From Phoronis australis (taxonomy: Eukaryota > Animalia > Phoronida), in the NCBI GenBank assembly GCA_002633005.1, contig NMRA01000222.1, positions 311,186-375,185 on the forward strand: a DNA stretch of 64,000 nt, read 5' to 3'. Numbering within the stretch: the stretch's first letter is position 1; every line of letters begins with the position of its first letter. Position numbers and translations under genes: made by a program. The notes below the pieces were generated by a model that was given only the letters and a program-made list of their open reading frames with translations, did not search any database and was not told the origin of the DNA. Below are positions 38,691 through 52,722 of the stretch, in pieces.

Positions 38691-39922
38691 GTCTGAAAAA
38701 GGCGGCTCTTCACGGACTTTTCTCACAACTTCTCAGTATTGCACTCCTGGTAAAAACAATGCCGGAGACGGAATTCCACCCGTACAAACCCAATAACAGA
38801 AAAAAAAAATTATTTCAATTCTTGGCTTGTTTCTTAGTAACAGGTGTACCATAGGCTATTACATGTAAATCTCATGTATTTAAAAAAATTCCTTTTGAAA
38901 CACAGGGTCATGGTGAGAACTCTTTTAATGTGTTCTGAGTAATTTTTTTTCAAATGTTGACCATTTCGAAATTCGAGTATGCAAAAAAGTTCAGGCAATG
39001 GACGAGAATGGCCACTGCAGTGAAAAAGAAAACTAGTGTTTCCGGGGATAGTCGACACATTTCCACCAGGTTGTCGGGCCCAAAGAGTTCTGGGAGAGGA
39101 TAGAGCCAATCGAAAAATAGCTGCATATTTCCTCTCACAAATTCTTTCACCCAAAGCCAGCACTTGAGAATTGCGATCATTCTAAATTCGCCCAGTGCAC
39201 CTTGAGTTCTTATTCACTGAATGGAAGAAGTCCCACTAACTGGCCAGATTTAATTACCATTTCTACCCACACCTGGAGATCTGACTAAGGTCTGTTCAGA
39301 TCAGAGAGAATAGTGTGTCCAGCCCATATGCTTCCTGAAGCCTGTAAGCTTGTTTCTGAATCAAAATATCCTCAAAACTGGCCCACATATTTGAAGCCCA
39401 GTATATTTGAGGCCCATATATTTGAGGCCAGTAGTTCAACTGATCCATAGAGTTATGCAGTCATTGCATGAACTTACCAGTTGTCGATTCTTATTCTATA
39501 AATGATTTTTTGCAGTTTTGCCAATTGAACTAAGATATGCCTTGCAATCTATGTTGATTCTCATTTAAAATATTTAGCACAAACAGTTTTCTGACGCTGA
39601 AATCTTTATGCAACACATAATTCGGAACACAAATTCAATTCAGCCCACACAAACTAGCAAAAAACTGGTGTCAGTCACACTTACATAAGTTTTAAATTTT
39701 ATTTATTAACTTTGGAATAACGCTGGATATTCATTGAAAATAGTTCACCTGCAACTGGACAAAAAATTTTCACGTGGCTGATTCACAAACGGAAGTATCA
39801 GCTCTGGTATGGGTGGATAAGGAGCCCTGGTTAGTTTCTACTGTTATGAAACGTTCACCTCATGCAGACACAAATTTCTAAAATGATCCATGCAATGATT
39901 AATACAACGAGTGCCGAGTTAC

Positions 39923-40134
39923 CAGTAGCCTGTGTTGTAGGAGGGAGTGTAGTGACTTCCGCGTTACTACACATTACACCAGCATCTTCACTGTGCTCAC
40001 AGTCATGGTTAAACCAGCCACTGTGCTCACATTCTGCAATACTGGATTCTGTTCCAACACACACCGCGTCATCAAAGATAATGTGACCAGACCCCTGTCC
40101 AAAATGAGCACGTCTGTAGGCTTTGGCTTCACCA
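39923..40134 (-). CDS. SRCR second half
   Basis: AHFGQGSGHIIFDDAVCVGTESSIAECEHSGWFNHDCEHSEDAGVMC. Confidence 0.95.
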
Positions 40135-40460
40135 CTGAAACAGTCAGAAACACAACTGAATCAGATAGAGATTGACCCGATAGGATGAAAAGGAAAGGCT
40201 TATCAACTCCATTTCAAGTGATCCTTCTTCGTGCTTTGAATTTGTTTTAAGCTTGTTCTGCTAGAAATTTCTCACTTAATCTTTGTTTCATGAAAATCTG
40301 CACAGTATGGGCTGTACAATGAACGAAGCTTTTAATAATTATGAAGATAATTTTTGTTGATCAATTTGATAAAACAAAAATAAAATTCGCTAGTCCGCCA
40401 AATTGGGTACTACAACAGCATTACAGAGAAACTGAAAAAGTAGAACTTAAAAATAATTTA

Positions 40461-40649
<189 letters not shown>

Positions 40650-42176
40650 TCATTACAGGCAGCCAACTTGCCAACTTTGCGATTAAGCTCTGGAATTGGT
40701 GTGTGGTACTCTGCATACATGACAGTGTGTGAAATGAAAAGCTGTATAAATTTTTTAATACATCATGTAGAAGGCTGAATAATCGATATGTTGTGTTTTT
40801 AGTTATTTCCTGTTCATATCTTGACCTTATATTAAAGTCCTGAATATTTGATATCATATTTCATAACAATTAGTGGACATACTTTGCCTATTTGTTTTCA
40901 GTCAATCATTCACACAATACCATATTAGGAAGTTTAAGTTAAAGAAATGAGAAATTTTCAAAGAAAGAGTGCACAGCACTTTTCCAAATGTACAGCTGCA
41001 ATATTATAATAAATTGTCTTTTCATTAATTTAAGTTGTGAATATCTAGTTTAACAAGCATCGCATCTCATAGTATCGACTGATATTGAGGAACATCAACT
41101 AGACAGAAAGAGCTGCTAGTCCATAAACTTACTAATAATTTAACTTGTACAACTGCTGTGTTCACAAGAACATTATTTAATAATGTTTTAGCTAAACGTA
41201 TCAGGTGTAATAATTCAGCTTAAAAATGTCGAGTTCACACACCAAGCTTCATTGACACCACAAATGGAGTAGAAAAGCAACTGCCAACCAATGTACAAAA
41301 AATATCAAGCATCGTGTTTTTGCACGCTGCAACATCATTTGGCACACTAAGTGACTGAGCGCTCTTTCCTCTTCTACTGGTATAAAAGCTCTCAAGCATG
41401 CGTCTGTTTGTCAAAACATTCCAAGTAAAAACACTTTGTTTTCACCGTTACAATTCATGAATTCAAAAAAAGCATTTAACACAAAACATTCTATCCAAGC
41501 ATACAGCTTCATGAAATTTAAGTTTTTTAAATTAAAATATTTCAACCCTAAAATGTCTTAAGTTATAAGTTCGAGGTCAAAGTTTTTAAATGTAACATAC
41601 CCATTTCCAGGAGCTACGGGGTAGAAATGCACAGATTCCAACAAAAATGAGTGCAAAACATTCAAAGATGTAAGTGAAGAATTATTAATACTAAATGGAA
41701 AATTCAGGAAAATATGGTGGAATTACAAAATGACACTCATGTAAAACAAACAGCATTTCGTTAGAATCTGTACTACCTAAAATTTTGTTCAAAATGCCGT
41801 ATGAAAGACAAACTGTGAACAGAGCAGCATTACCCTACATGGACGTGTAATAATCAAGAACAGACTAAAATTATAATAATTGTTGTTCTCTGCATGGACA
41901 TTCTGGGCTGGGCTACTCAGAAATCATAAGGGTAATAAAACAATTATCGCTTCAGCCAAGACCATAAACTTTTGTTAAGCTGTGATTAATACACAGGCCA
42001 ACTAGGACAGTTTGTTTACTGAGAGTAGGGTTCACAAAGAACTACTTTCACTGACCTTGCACCTCAATTTCAAAAGGCCAATAGTGTGTGAATAACACCC
42101 CCGATTTACAACCATCTGCAAAATTATAAGGGACTACGCAGGCTTCCAATCCCCTCCAAGCTCAAACTGAGTCACG

Positions 42177-42441
42177 GAATGATGCCTACCATTACTGCAA
42201 CCCCTCAACCTTTGGTATGGGATAATACATTACGTGATGAATGATGACATACCATTACTGCAACACCTCAACCTTTGGTATGGGATAATACATTACTTGA
42301 TGAATGATGACATACCATTACTGCAACCCCTCAACCTTTGGTATGGGATAATACATTACTTGATGAATGATGCCTACCATTACTGCAACCCCTCAACCTT
42401 TGGTATGGGACAATACATTACGTGATGAATGATGACATACC
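42177..42441. repeat. 62-63-bp minisatellite, ~4 copies, abutting a splice donor
   Basis: ATGAATGATGACATACCATTACTGCAACCCCTCAACCTTTGGTATGGGATAATACATTACTTG repeated. Confidence 0.92.
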
Positions 42442-42554
42442 GTCACAGCCGGACTCATCACTCCCATCATCACAGTTTCTCCTGTCGTCACACACAGAGG
42501 TCAAGGATATACACCTACTACCATCAGCGCAAGTGAACTCATTCGGGCCACAAG
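42441..42554 (-). CDS. LDLa exon
   Basis: CGPNEFTCADGSRCISLTSVCDDRRNCDDGSDESGC. Confidence 0.94.
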
Positions 42555-42801
42555 CTGTGAACAGGATTGACAATGATGAACTTTTAAATGAAGTATGCTC
42601 TGTTTTCTAAAAGTAGGTTAACTCAATTTTCTGACAAAACTTAAAATTATCGGTCAATTCTTGTTTTCAGTGTCAATTACTTTTAATTTAAGGTAATTGT
42701 CAGCTTTTAACATCAGTCCATTTTCTAATGGTAACCCTTCATTTGTCAAGAAAAAGAGACATTAATTTAATATTTAATAATAATTAGTATAAAATTCAGA
42801 C

Positions 42802-42980
42802 CTGACGCAGTGTTGCAAACTACACCAGCGCTTTCGAAGCGAACGCAGTCGTGCTGTCTCCAGGACCTCCGACTACAATCCTCCAATGATGTTTCACTTC
42901 CTGTACATTCAACATCGTCCATGAAGTACTGCCCATTTCCATTCCCAAAAGACGACTGCTCTGTTGCTTCTTTAGCACCA
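42802..42980 (-). CDS. SRCR second half
   Basis: FGNGNGQYFMDDVECTGSETSLEDCSRRSWRQHDCVRFESAGVVC. Confidence 0.94.
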
Positions 42981-43965
42981 CTGAAACATCATTCTGACAG
43001 TCATATTTACACCACTCATTGCAAAATTACTTTTATTAGAGATGGTGTTTCACATCATCGTGTAATTATGTAATGGTAATTCCCCATGTGGAATTTCGTA
43101 ATTTCTACAGCTGCTTACCTTGCTGCAAGTGATGAAAACTTCACCAAATGCTGCTTTATGACATCTCGTTAATACGCACCCGTGCTGTGGGATGATTTCA
43201 CTGATTGGCTAGTCAGGATACAGCCGAGTCATTATCAGTTTGGCAGTGGTAGCAAAGGGAGAAAGTTGGCAAACCAATGTTTATATAGTCCAGCCCTCTC
43301 ATTGTCAGCGTTCATCTGATAAGCTCACATAATCCAGCAACTACATTGTAAACAGCACACCTGATGCTAATTCTAAAGGACGTTCAACAAATGTCAGAAG
43401 AATAGTGTTTTGTATGAAACACTATCACCAAATAAAAACGGTCGACGTTCACAGAAACTAGGAGACTTAATTTTCACCTGCCGATTCTTTTGCCGTTACT
43501 GCAAGCTCTGACAACCTTATTACCACAGTATTGCTTGTCGAGTTTAATCAAGCATGATACTAGATCAGATTGTAATGTTGAAAATTTCTTGGTTTTAATA
43601 GTCCAGGGAAAGTTACTTAATATGTACACATTACAAAGTAAGTGAAATTGCTTTTTAGTTTTAAGGAGACTGAAATTTGGCAAAATTTTGTGTTCTAAAT
43701 AGCTGAAGAATTACCGTACTGCACAAAAATATTATATATTCCCAATTAAATGATTTAAATAATGAATTCAACATGGAATTTCTCAGAATCATGTGAGGTG
43801 GGTTAACACAAAAAAATCGATCACTCACATACGCTTTCTGTGAACAGTTCTAGGGGTTCTAGCCAAATAAGCTCGATAAGAATGTCATCAAAAGTTGAGT
43901 CACCATTTTTTACACGTTGTTATTAATCACAGCTCGTCTAAGATAAAAAAAATCTTCCAACTCAC

Positions 43966-44128
43966 GGATATCCCAGTTGATTGCAGACCACAGTGGCATC
44001 CTTAATATCCCATTTGTCATCACAGACAATTCCCCATTGTCCCATGTGACGTACTTCCACCCTGCCCTCATTCTCAACTTCACCATTAGCGAGGCGAATG
44101 GCAAATGGCATGTTTCCGGCGCCACTGG
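43966..44128 (-). CDS. SRCR first half
   Basis: [44 protein letters not shown]. Confidence 0.95.
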
Positions 44129-44985
44129 CTAAATTGTCACAACAAAACTAATATCAAACTGTTGTCAAACACACATTCAACAAACAAATTACAACTTAGC
44201 TATCACTTTTTTTGCTCTCTTCGGGACTACCACTTTGTACTTCTGCCCACTTTGAGGCTTAAAAACACCACCAGGTGGCACTGTGAGAAAACACAAATTA
44301 GGTTCCAAGTCCCACACAGCGTTGTTTAGGTGAAGCCAAAGTCGCAAACCTCAAATTTATTAAAAATTAACAATTAGCGCCAATGAATTTTCCGATTAAG
44401 ATAATTTCATTCAATTTTTGGCTTTATCAAAAATACTCAGGAATATTACCACACACTGTAAACGGACCAAAACACAACATTTCGCATCAGTAATAGCTTC
44501 AAACATGAGATGCAGGTGGCTTCAATGTCGAAACATTTAACATTTTCCCAGGTGCTGCAATTTTGGTTAAATGGCCAATAAATTAAGCATCATCTTCATA
44601 CCTTAAAATAGCATAAAACCTGTGCTACATTAGTCAGTTTGATCCAGGCCACTTATACATGTCGAGTTTCAGTGCCACAATAATTGCTCCTTATTCAGAT
44701 GAGGAATGATTTCCAGGCTACGGAAAACTTCAAAGGTTTGTTAAGTCTTCAGAAAAAGCTGTGAAGAAATAATAAATTTTCCGCTCTTCCCTACCCAGAG
44801 ATCACTGTCTTCTGAGCATAATTAGCAAAAAACAAATTTGATAAAGGTTAGTGGTCTAAATCAAAACTTGCTTTTCCACAGAAAGCACGGTTTCAATCGG
44901 CTGCTTTGAATATATGAATTCTAAAAATCAATTAAAAAGCCTTATGTCTGGATACAAGTGGTAGAACCTATTAAGTGTCACTTAC

Positions 44986-45099
44986 TTGTCTGACATCGCT
45001 CTTCATCAGAGAAATCGCCACAGTCGTTAGTTCCATCACATCTTTTACTACTCTCTATACATCGGCCATTGTTACACTTCAGCATACCGGTACAGGTGC
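44986..45099 (-). CDS. LDLa exon
   Basis: [34 protein letters not shown]. Confidence 0.94.
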
Positions 45100-45860
45100 C
45101 TGTCACGTAAAATTCTCATTAAAGCGATATTATTAGCCACGTATTTCAAATCAGCCCCAATATCAATTCGCCACAACCTCACTGGTCATACATACTCTTA
45201 CGCTTTGCAAGTAGAGCTAAAGTCAATAGGCTATGTTGCCAAGTACTATAATGTAACTGTACATGTAAGCATGATTATTTTACTCAAAAGGTCACAGGGA
45301 TGGATTTCTGTTTATTGTTACTGTACTGCATGGTTGGAAGCCAATATCAGAAACAGTTCAGATTTCTAATGAAATCACAAAAATAATGGATTTTGCTATT
45401 TTATTAGCTCTTGTCAAAGCTAATAATTTCAAGAAGCCTACCCAACGGTAATAGCTACCAATAAAAAATGCATTTTTGGCGGGCCCGTCGCTTAAATAGC
45501 TGATGAATGGAAATGTGAGAACTACAAAAAATTGTAATGATTTTCTAAGACAGAGGGTCTTTAAGCATTTGACAATATCAGGAAGCAGAGATGGGCAACA
45601 GTGATAGCACTGTCAGACAAAAAATCAAAGATCAATCTCTCTGCTGACAAACAACTGGATGTTCAACAGTCAAACTAAGTAATGTGTACAAGTTACCTGG
45701 AGTGATTCAACAATGGATACACTTATGTCTACATGACTCAGCTAAGTGAAGTAAAAAATAATGTCTTACGATTAGTCAAATAGACATGTAAAGCATTCAA
45801 GTGATACTTTCTAATCTTTGACGAACACAAACAACTCTCAAAAATTTACATACTGCTTAC

Positions 45861-45890
45861 CGGTAGCTTCAAATTCGCACACATAGTTCT
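45861..45890 (-). CDS. Candidate 30-nt symmetric micro-exon (KNYVCEFEAT)
   Basis: TCACAG acceptor, CG|GTAAGC donor, phase 1-1, frame-preserving. Confidence 0.4.
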
Positions 45891-45978
45891 CTGTGACATT
45901 TGCCAATTGAAGTACATGTATGTAAAACTAGTTGTTGTGATAGTGAAGTACAATAATAATATGAGTGAGTTCACTTAC

Positions 45979-46144
45979 TAGTCTGTGATTTTAGCTGGTA
46001 AAAGTCATACAGTTCGCTCCTAGCAATGTCGTACTGTGAACTGGTCATTGAGTTCTGTTCAAATAATTTACATGTCTTTGTACTAGTGGCATACTGGAAC
46101 GCTCTGCACACCTTTTCTCTGTTGTTCAGACAGGTACGAGCACA
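45979..46144 (-). CDS. PAN/apple second part
   Basis: CARTCLNNREKVCRAFQYATSTKTCKLFEQ...LYDFYQ. Confidence 0.9.
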
Positions 46145-46498
46145 CTAAAACATAAAGACAAGATTTGCTCTACATATGGTGTGAATTGTATGCTTGCGTA
46201 TCATGAATCAAAATAATTATGTTACTTACCAAACAGTTATCATCACGCTGAATTTGAAAATTCTAAGACTCAAGCTATTTAAATGAAAGCAAAATGCACA
46301 CAGCTGTGGACAGGGTCAAGTTAAAAATTAAAAGTGTACTAAGTGGTACTGGAAAATTGACTGTGGCGTGAAACATGCTTTGCACTTTGAGTCACGTTTA
46401 CGTTTGTTTTAGGAAAAGCCTCAAATACCTATGTAGCCATCAAGGACCATCAGTCACTAGACTACCCTGCCTCCGTAACATAACAAGACATGTATTAC

Positions 46499-46587
46499 CT
46501 GATGCAAAGTAAACTGGATGTAGCTTTCAAATGGTGTGGCAAGGTAAGTAATCATACGGCGGATATCAAACTGGTCCTCAAGCGACA
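46499..46587 (-). CDS. PAN/apple first part
   Basis: SLEDQFDIRRMITYLATPFESYIQFTLHQ; strong acceptor, phases 1/0 fit neighbours. Confidence 0.8.
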
Positions 46588-49500
46588 CTGAAACAGAAAA
46601 GTCACTGTTAAAAATATGGAATTTAAATGCTTTGCATGATAGAAATACACGATGTACTGAGTCGACTAATATGTACAAATGTTAATTGGGCCACTGTAAG
46701 TTTTTGACTATTGGAACACACAGATTGTTGCCAAAAACTGACAACTTCGATTCGACGTATTGTAAACAACCAAAGATTATTAACAAGTTATTTTGAGCAT
46801 AACAAAATAACATACATGTAATTACAAAAACATCAAATAGATGCGACACTGCACAATATTAAAACTGTGACACGCACTACAACAAGACAATAAAAGTACA
46901 TTAATTCAATTAAATTTTGTCTTTGTTGAAACAACACAAGCTTCAATTACAATATAATCGTGATCAATAAGACTGCAACATAACTCAAAGATGTATGATT
47001 GGACTTCTACACAATAGGACATGCTCATAAATTACCCATAGTATAGTCACTAGGGGCCAGGCACTTAGCAGCCACAAGTACACTAAAATCTCACCAAATT
47101 TCTGACAAAAATAATTGTCAAAATAATCATTTTTTTGTTTTACAAAAGCTTCTAACACTGCTGCGTATGTTATAAATTTTCACACTTTTCAACCAATGCT
47201 GGCACGTTGACATGCACCGATGGTACATCGTAAGCAATGTTTCTAGGGGCCACTAGGAGATGCTGCAGTAATCAATTCCACACAAAAATCAGAAGGTGCC
47301 AGCACAATTTCATCAAATAACTCTGGGTTAGTTTCATTGAAATCAATTATCAGTTCTCAAGATATCAAGAAATGCTCGTCCCCAAACAACCCTAAAAGCC
47401 CCTTGTCAAAATGCTGCAGTGGACAAATCCAACCCCACCCCGGCCCCCACCCCGGCCCCCACCCCCCCAAAGGAATGGTACTGTAACAGCATAATCACAT
47501 CACATGCGTCTGTATCAGGTTTTGTTAAAATTTGTCATTCTATTTAATATCTAGATATCATCCAGAATCACTCTTCTCTCAAACAACAATTGAAAAGCCC
47601 CCTTGTCGACAGCAAAATAGCCACTAGCTAGGAGGTGATACAATGGTGAAATTCACTGGGAAATTTAATGGTGCCGTCGCATTGACATCGCATACCTCTT
47701 TTGAACTTTCGTAAAATAACTTCTTCCATCATTTCTCCACATATCATCTAGAAAAGATCTCATACAAAATGGCCACAAGGAGGCGCTGCAATAGTCAAAT
47801 CCGCCCGAAAATCAAACGGTGATGGGGCATTCACATGAAATTCATTAATTTATTCCCTAGATATCCAGAAATGTTCTTCCGCCAAACAGCACTTGAAAAA
47901 GACTCCTGTTGAGAACAAAATGGCCACTAAGATGTGCTGCAGTAGTCGAATTTACCCGTAAATTGAATAGTGTCAGCATACTGATATCACACACCTCTGT
48001 GTAAAGTTTAATTGAAATCCGTCAATTCGTTATCTAGATCATCTGAAAAAATGCTCTTCTCTCAAAAAATAGTGAAATAGCCACGTCAGGGCACACATTG
48101 TGCCAAATTTCATCAAAATCCGACTTAAGGTTTTTGAGATATCGATGGCAATATTCGACCATTAAAAATTATCGCGTGGGTGCATAAAGATGTTGTCTGG
48201 AAGTAGCTCTGACACAAATATTGAACAAATAGAAAAACACTGCTTTGGTGTAAGATTCAATAACAAATAATGAAATTTCGCTTGTCTGCCATACTGCACA
48301 GTAAAGAGGTGAGATCTTACCATATGGAGACAATACTCAAAAATACCAAGAAGGATCCATACACTGACATTCTCAATGGCTGAGAAATTGAAAAAGTTAA
48401 TGAACAGTTTGCTATAACCTTAAAATTTGCCAGAGTATCTTCAAAGAAAACAGCCAGCTACAGCTGGTGTTATGATAATCACTCCCTGGAGATTAAGGTG
48501 CACTGGGTAATCACACAGGAGCGAAATTGTCTATTATAGGCATGGCTGGTAAAACTGAGGGTGACAATAGTGTCTTTAAAGTCCCTATAAAATGAGCCAA
48601 CTGCCTTTTAGATATGTTAAATACATGTACTTTTGTGCAACATATCTTTGTTTCGTTTTATTCCACACAACCACTAACTAATTACTACGCATTTTGTGCC
48701 CCTCATATTATGTGCCCCCATCAGAAACCCCTTTTATTCTCTCGACGAATCACAGTAGACTGGCCTATTGACATCATCGTTGAGAACGAGCAACACATTA
48801 CCGCGCTAACCACAACCTGTAGTGAGCACCTGATCGGCTGCTGGGACAGTAAAAAACAAAGTAGTTTTGCTTAAGGAACGTCACCAATTAGAAACATCGC
48901 CGACGTTAGGCATCAATGTCGACTGATAATGCAATATTACTAAGCAAAACAATGGTGTCAGGCAAAGCACCCTTCGAACCAAACAGCGGGTCTGCCATCG
49001 ATTCACTCACGACCCACGACGAACCAATTTTCGAAGTATTTGCACCCACGTAAAAGATCCTACAACAGCTACATTTCGTACTGAATCTGACAACGGCAAA
49101 CTTACCAAACTCTGTGGTGGAAAAAATACTTATTTTTCACGTAAGATGTCTTGATTATCCACTAACAATATCCTCGGCAATAAATCACCGCGACATGGTC
49201 GGTACTATTTTATGCGATCGTGGCTCAGAAATGTCGTCAATCAACGGTGTGGGTGAATGTAGCTACGTCTCTTTTTTATCACAAAAAACAAACGTAAAGA
49301 TGACAACCCTTGGCTGTTACTTGCCAAACGACGGTCACAACTTGTCTTGCATCAGAATGAAAGTAAGTCGACAACAAATTCTCAAGCCCTCTTTTCTGGG
49401 ACAGCACGCGCGACATATATATGAGTCATCTGTCACTCACGTGTTGCAGCCAATGTATCACGTACTCCAGCTGTGAGAACGTAGAGGTGCACACCTCCCA

Positions 49501-51214
49501 AGTCGCACATCAAAAGAGTACGGCGGCCGTTCTAAATATAATATTGCACTGGCTTGGCTCGATTAAGTGCTTGGGTGTTGCATATACTCGAATGCATGTG
49601 ACCATAAGATGAGCGCTGATTCAACTTGAGTTTTGTGGCTCATTCTTTGAAATCTAACATCGGCCGGGAAAGGGTGCACTTATAAACCCCGCACGTGAAC
49701 GTCAGGCAATACGGCTTTGGGTACACTTTGGAGGCACGCACTGAAAAAAGTGTGCAGTCAGCATGTCGATGGGTTGTGCTATGACGGGAACGGCGTATTT
49801 CCCTGACTTCAAAGTATAAAATGCCTTGTGCAATTGGTCTTTCAAATCGAACACTAGTTTAAATATGACAACCTATTCGCAGCGCTAACTTTGTCCTTTG
49901 TGCTCAATATTTTGTTTCCACCTCAATCGCACTTAGATTTTCCTGCAGGTCTCACTAATCGGCGTGCAGATAGCTGCGTCGGTTACGGGTTAAGTTTCGT
50001 ATGCCTTGTGTAAAATGCCTTTGTCTTCAAATGACGGTCCGTAGCGAGTTCCGTGACAATTGGCCGGTAAGTTTCCCCTTCTGTTTCACTTTACTCGTAT
50101 TCCTCTGGCTTGAACATACACGGCGCTAATCCATCCAAACGTTGTTCCTACATTTTCTTAATCTTCCATTTCGCAGTATTTTTCATTGAACGTCCGTCCA
50201 TTGCAAGGTATTAGGCCTTTACTTTTCTAACCCAAGTGCGAAAAGTCTCGGGTCATTCTTTTTCATCGTGCTGCGAGTGAGCTTTTCGCTTCGTTAAGAT
50301 GTGTAACGCCGACTTACTCCCCGACATAATCCCGTAATTATCACGGAGCGACTACAAACAAATTGAATTCTCCGGTACACGCATTCCGCCAGGATGTCCC
50401 CGAGGGTCCGACAAATCTCCATTCATTGCAAACCTGTCCCCCAATGCACGCAGGGACCCTGTTTGTTAAATCTGTTCGTTAAACCCGGACGTCTTTGTGA
50501 ATAAGTATTTGATGTTAGACTGAGTAAGTGGTCCCCACCGAGAACGCACTACTGTCTTTGGCGACGCTAAACTATCAAGGGACAGTGAGTTGTAGGATAT
50601 TATATGCACGTGGAAGTGTCGAGATAAGTGTCGTATAGTATTTGAGCTTGGTTGTCTCCAACAGTTGTAATTTTGAAAATCTGTGACTTGAAATATGCAC
50701 CAGACACCGTAAGGTAAGCTTCCTGTGGCAACGGACTGTTCGATAGGTATTGGGTATCAACGATGACGTCATTTGCGTCGATTAGAACGAGCACCACCTA
50801 AAGTTTTTTTTCGGCGCTAAATGGGGTTCATGATGGGTTCGTACGATAGTAATTGGCGTAATTAGCTAATGCCAGGAGTAAAGGGAGGGATGATACGTTT
50901 GTTTCGATCAATGATACAGAAATTTAACATGTTTAAAAGTCATTTGGCCGTTATGTAGGGTCTTTAAGTAGTGTATTTGAACAGTTGGTGAAGAGTAAAC
51001 ATTGTTAATTTTGAAAGTTGGACAAGAAATATGTCTTTTACAATCTGAAACTAGAAAGTAGTCCATAGCCAGCATTCTGCTTCCTTGATTCAGCTGGGCA
51101 TGGAACATAATGAGGCCAATTACCAAGGTTTATAAACCAGCAGTTGGAAATTGAGGAAAGCCAAGAGTCATGACACAATTCTGGACATGTTTCATGGTCA
51201 AACCCATTACTCAC

Positions 51215-51285
51215 AACAGCCCTCTTCATCCTCTCCCTCTGTGCAGTCTCGCTCCCCATCACACCTCCAAGCGTTGACAATGCAC
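51215..51285 (-). CDS. LDLa second part
   Basis: [23 protein letters not shown]. Confidence 0.93.
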
Positions 51286-51730
51286 CTGTATGCAATATAC
51301 ACTAATTAGCAATTAACAATTATAATCATAATTGCAATACCAAGATTTTTGGTTTTCCTGATCAGTAGTTTTACAAATAACTTTTTAAAAAGTATTCAGA
51401 TGAAGGGTTTTATGACTGCCATTTCAATCCTTATCACACTAAATTTATAGTGTGGTGGCCACAAAACCTAACTCTTGTCTTACGCCATGTTCACATATTC
51501 AACTAATTAAACCAGGTGATATTTTCACAGTTACAAATCGCTGCTGGTCACACCAAGATACCCAACAGTGTCTGATTCTAGTCACTAGAGGTCAGTGCCA
51601 TAAATTACTTTATTGACGTAAAGACAACGTCCACTAATTAAGGGCTATAATATTCTTAGACAAAGAGTAACTTTCACAACTGCCTGACCGTTCACACCAG
51701 GTTATATTGCAATTCAGAAGTTTTACTCAC

Positions 51731-51794
51731 GCCTTTGACCGAGGACAGTGAAACTCGCCATTTGAACAGGTGGCATTGGATGGCATAGGCGGTG
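51731..51794 (-). CDS. LDLa first part
   Basis: PPMPSNATCSNGEFHCPRSK; phases 1/2. Confidence 0.88.
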
Positions 51795-52552
51795 CTGAAA
51801 ATGAAATCATAAAATAACTACATAGCAGAGGTTCACGAGATTCATGATGGTGGAGAAGTCGAGTTTTTGACTCTCCCACATTTCTCCACTAAATTTACTA
51901 AAGTACAGCACAAGGGATACAACATCTCCAGCTCAGCTACTCATGAGTGATAAAACCAAGAAGAAAAAAGCAGGGTATTAACGAAAGCCTAGCAAAGATG
52001 GTGAGAAGCTCAGCTGGAAATCATCTTGTAGTCGAATGTCACTTATACACAGCCCACTATGGAATCCATCTTGGCCAAAGAGAAACAGGTAACCAACAAA
52101 ACGTTCACTGAAAAATGATCTGAAAGATGCACTAGTCTTGTCTATTGGATGATGAAACTCAGTCCATTTTAAATAATCTTCTAAAGTCCGTAATCAAGGA
52201 CATGAAAGAAGATTATTTACAAGACCTTGGAGTTAGAATTTGACAGAAAACTGGAGGAGAAAGATATTAAGAATATTAAAGTAAAATCTCTGGAAGACCA
52301 ACTTTCAAATTTCAAAGATTCCACTGAATGATAAGTGGAAAAGTACAGGACAGTGTGATTTGGATGAACTTCAACTTTAACTTTGAACGAACTCATGTGG
52401 ATGAGAACGACATTGTGATAAAGTTTAAACAATTCATGTGGATCAGAGCAATGCCACTTAACTAGAGTTCACAACCATTTTAAGTCTGATCTGCACGGCA
52501 CCTGTTGGCCACAACATGTGTCCTAATGAACATAAGTCCAAAAAGATGTCTA

Positions 52553-52612
52553 CCCCTGGGGCTCGAACCCACGACCTTCTGCTAAACAGTCTAGCCACTG
52601 GGCCATCCAGAC
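52553..52612 (-). repeat. tRNA-derived SINE head
   Basis: Reverse complement has TGGCCCAGTGG (A-box-like) and GGTTCGAGCCC (B-box-like), with deleted anticodon region. Confidence 0.45.
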
Positions 52613-52722
52613 CACCAGTCAAACACAGAAATCCAATCAGACTTAGCAGTGGGCATCCCGACCCTTAACTTGTGAGTGTAATGTAAAACCTATGACATTG
52701 TGCCAGAACACGAACAACTCAC

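Noticed and set aside
42177-42441. CRISPR-like array or 21-aa repeat protein
   Set aside because: No unique spacers, eukaryotic intron; the ORF is a by-product of the 63-bp period
50600-50797. 65-aa minus-strand ORF as a protease exon
   Set aside because: Purine-rich acceptor, wrong phase, no recognisable domain
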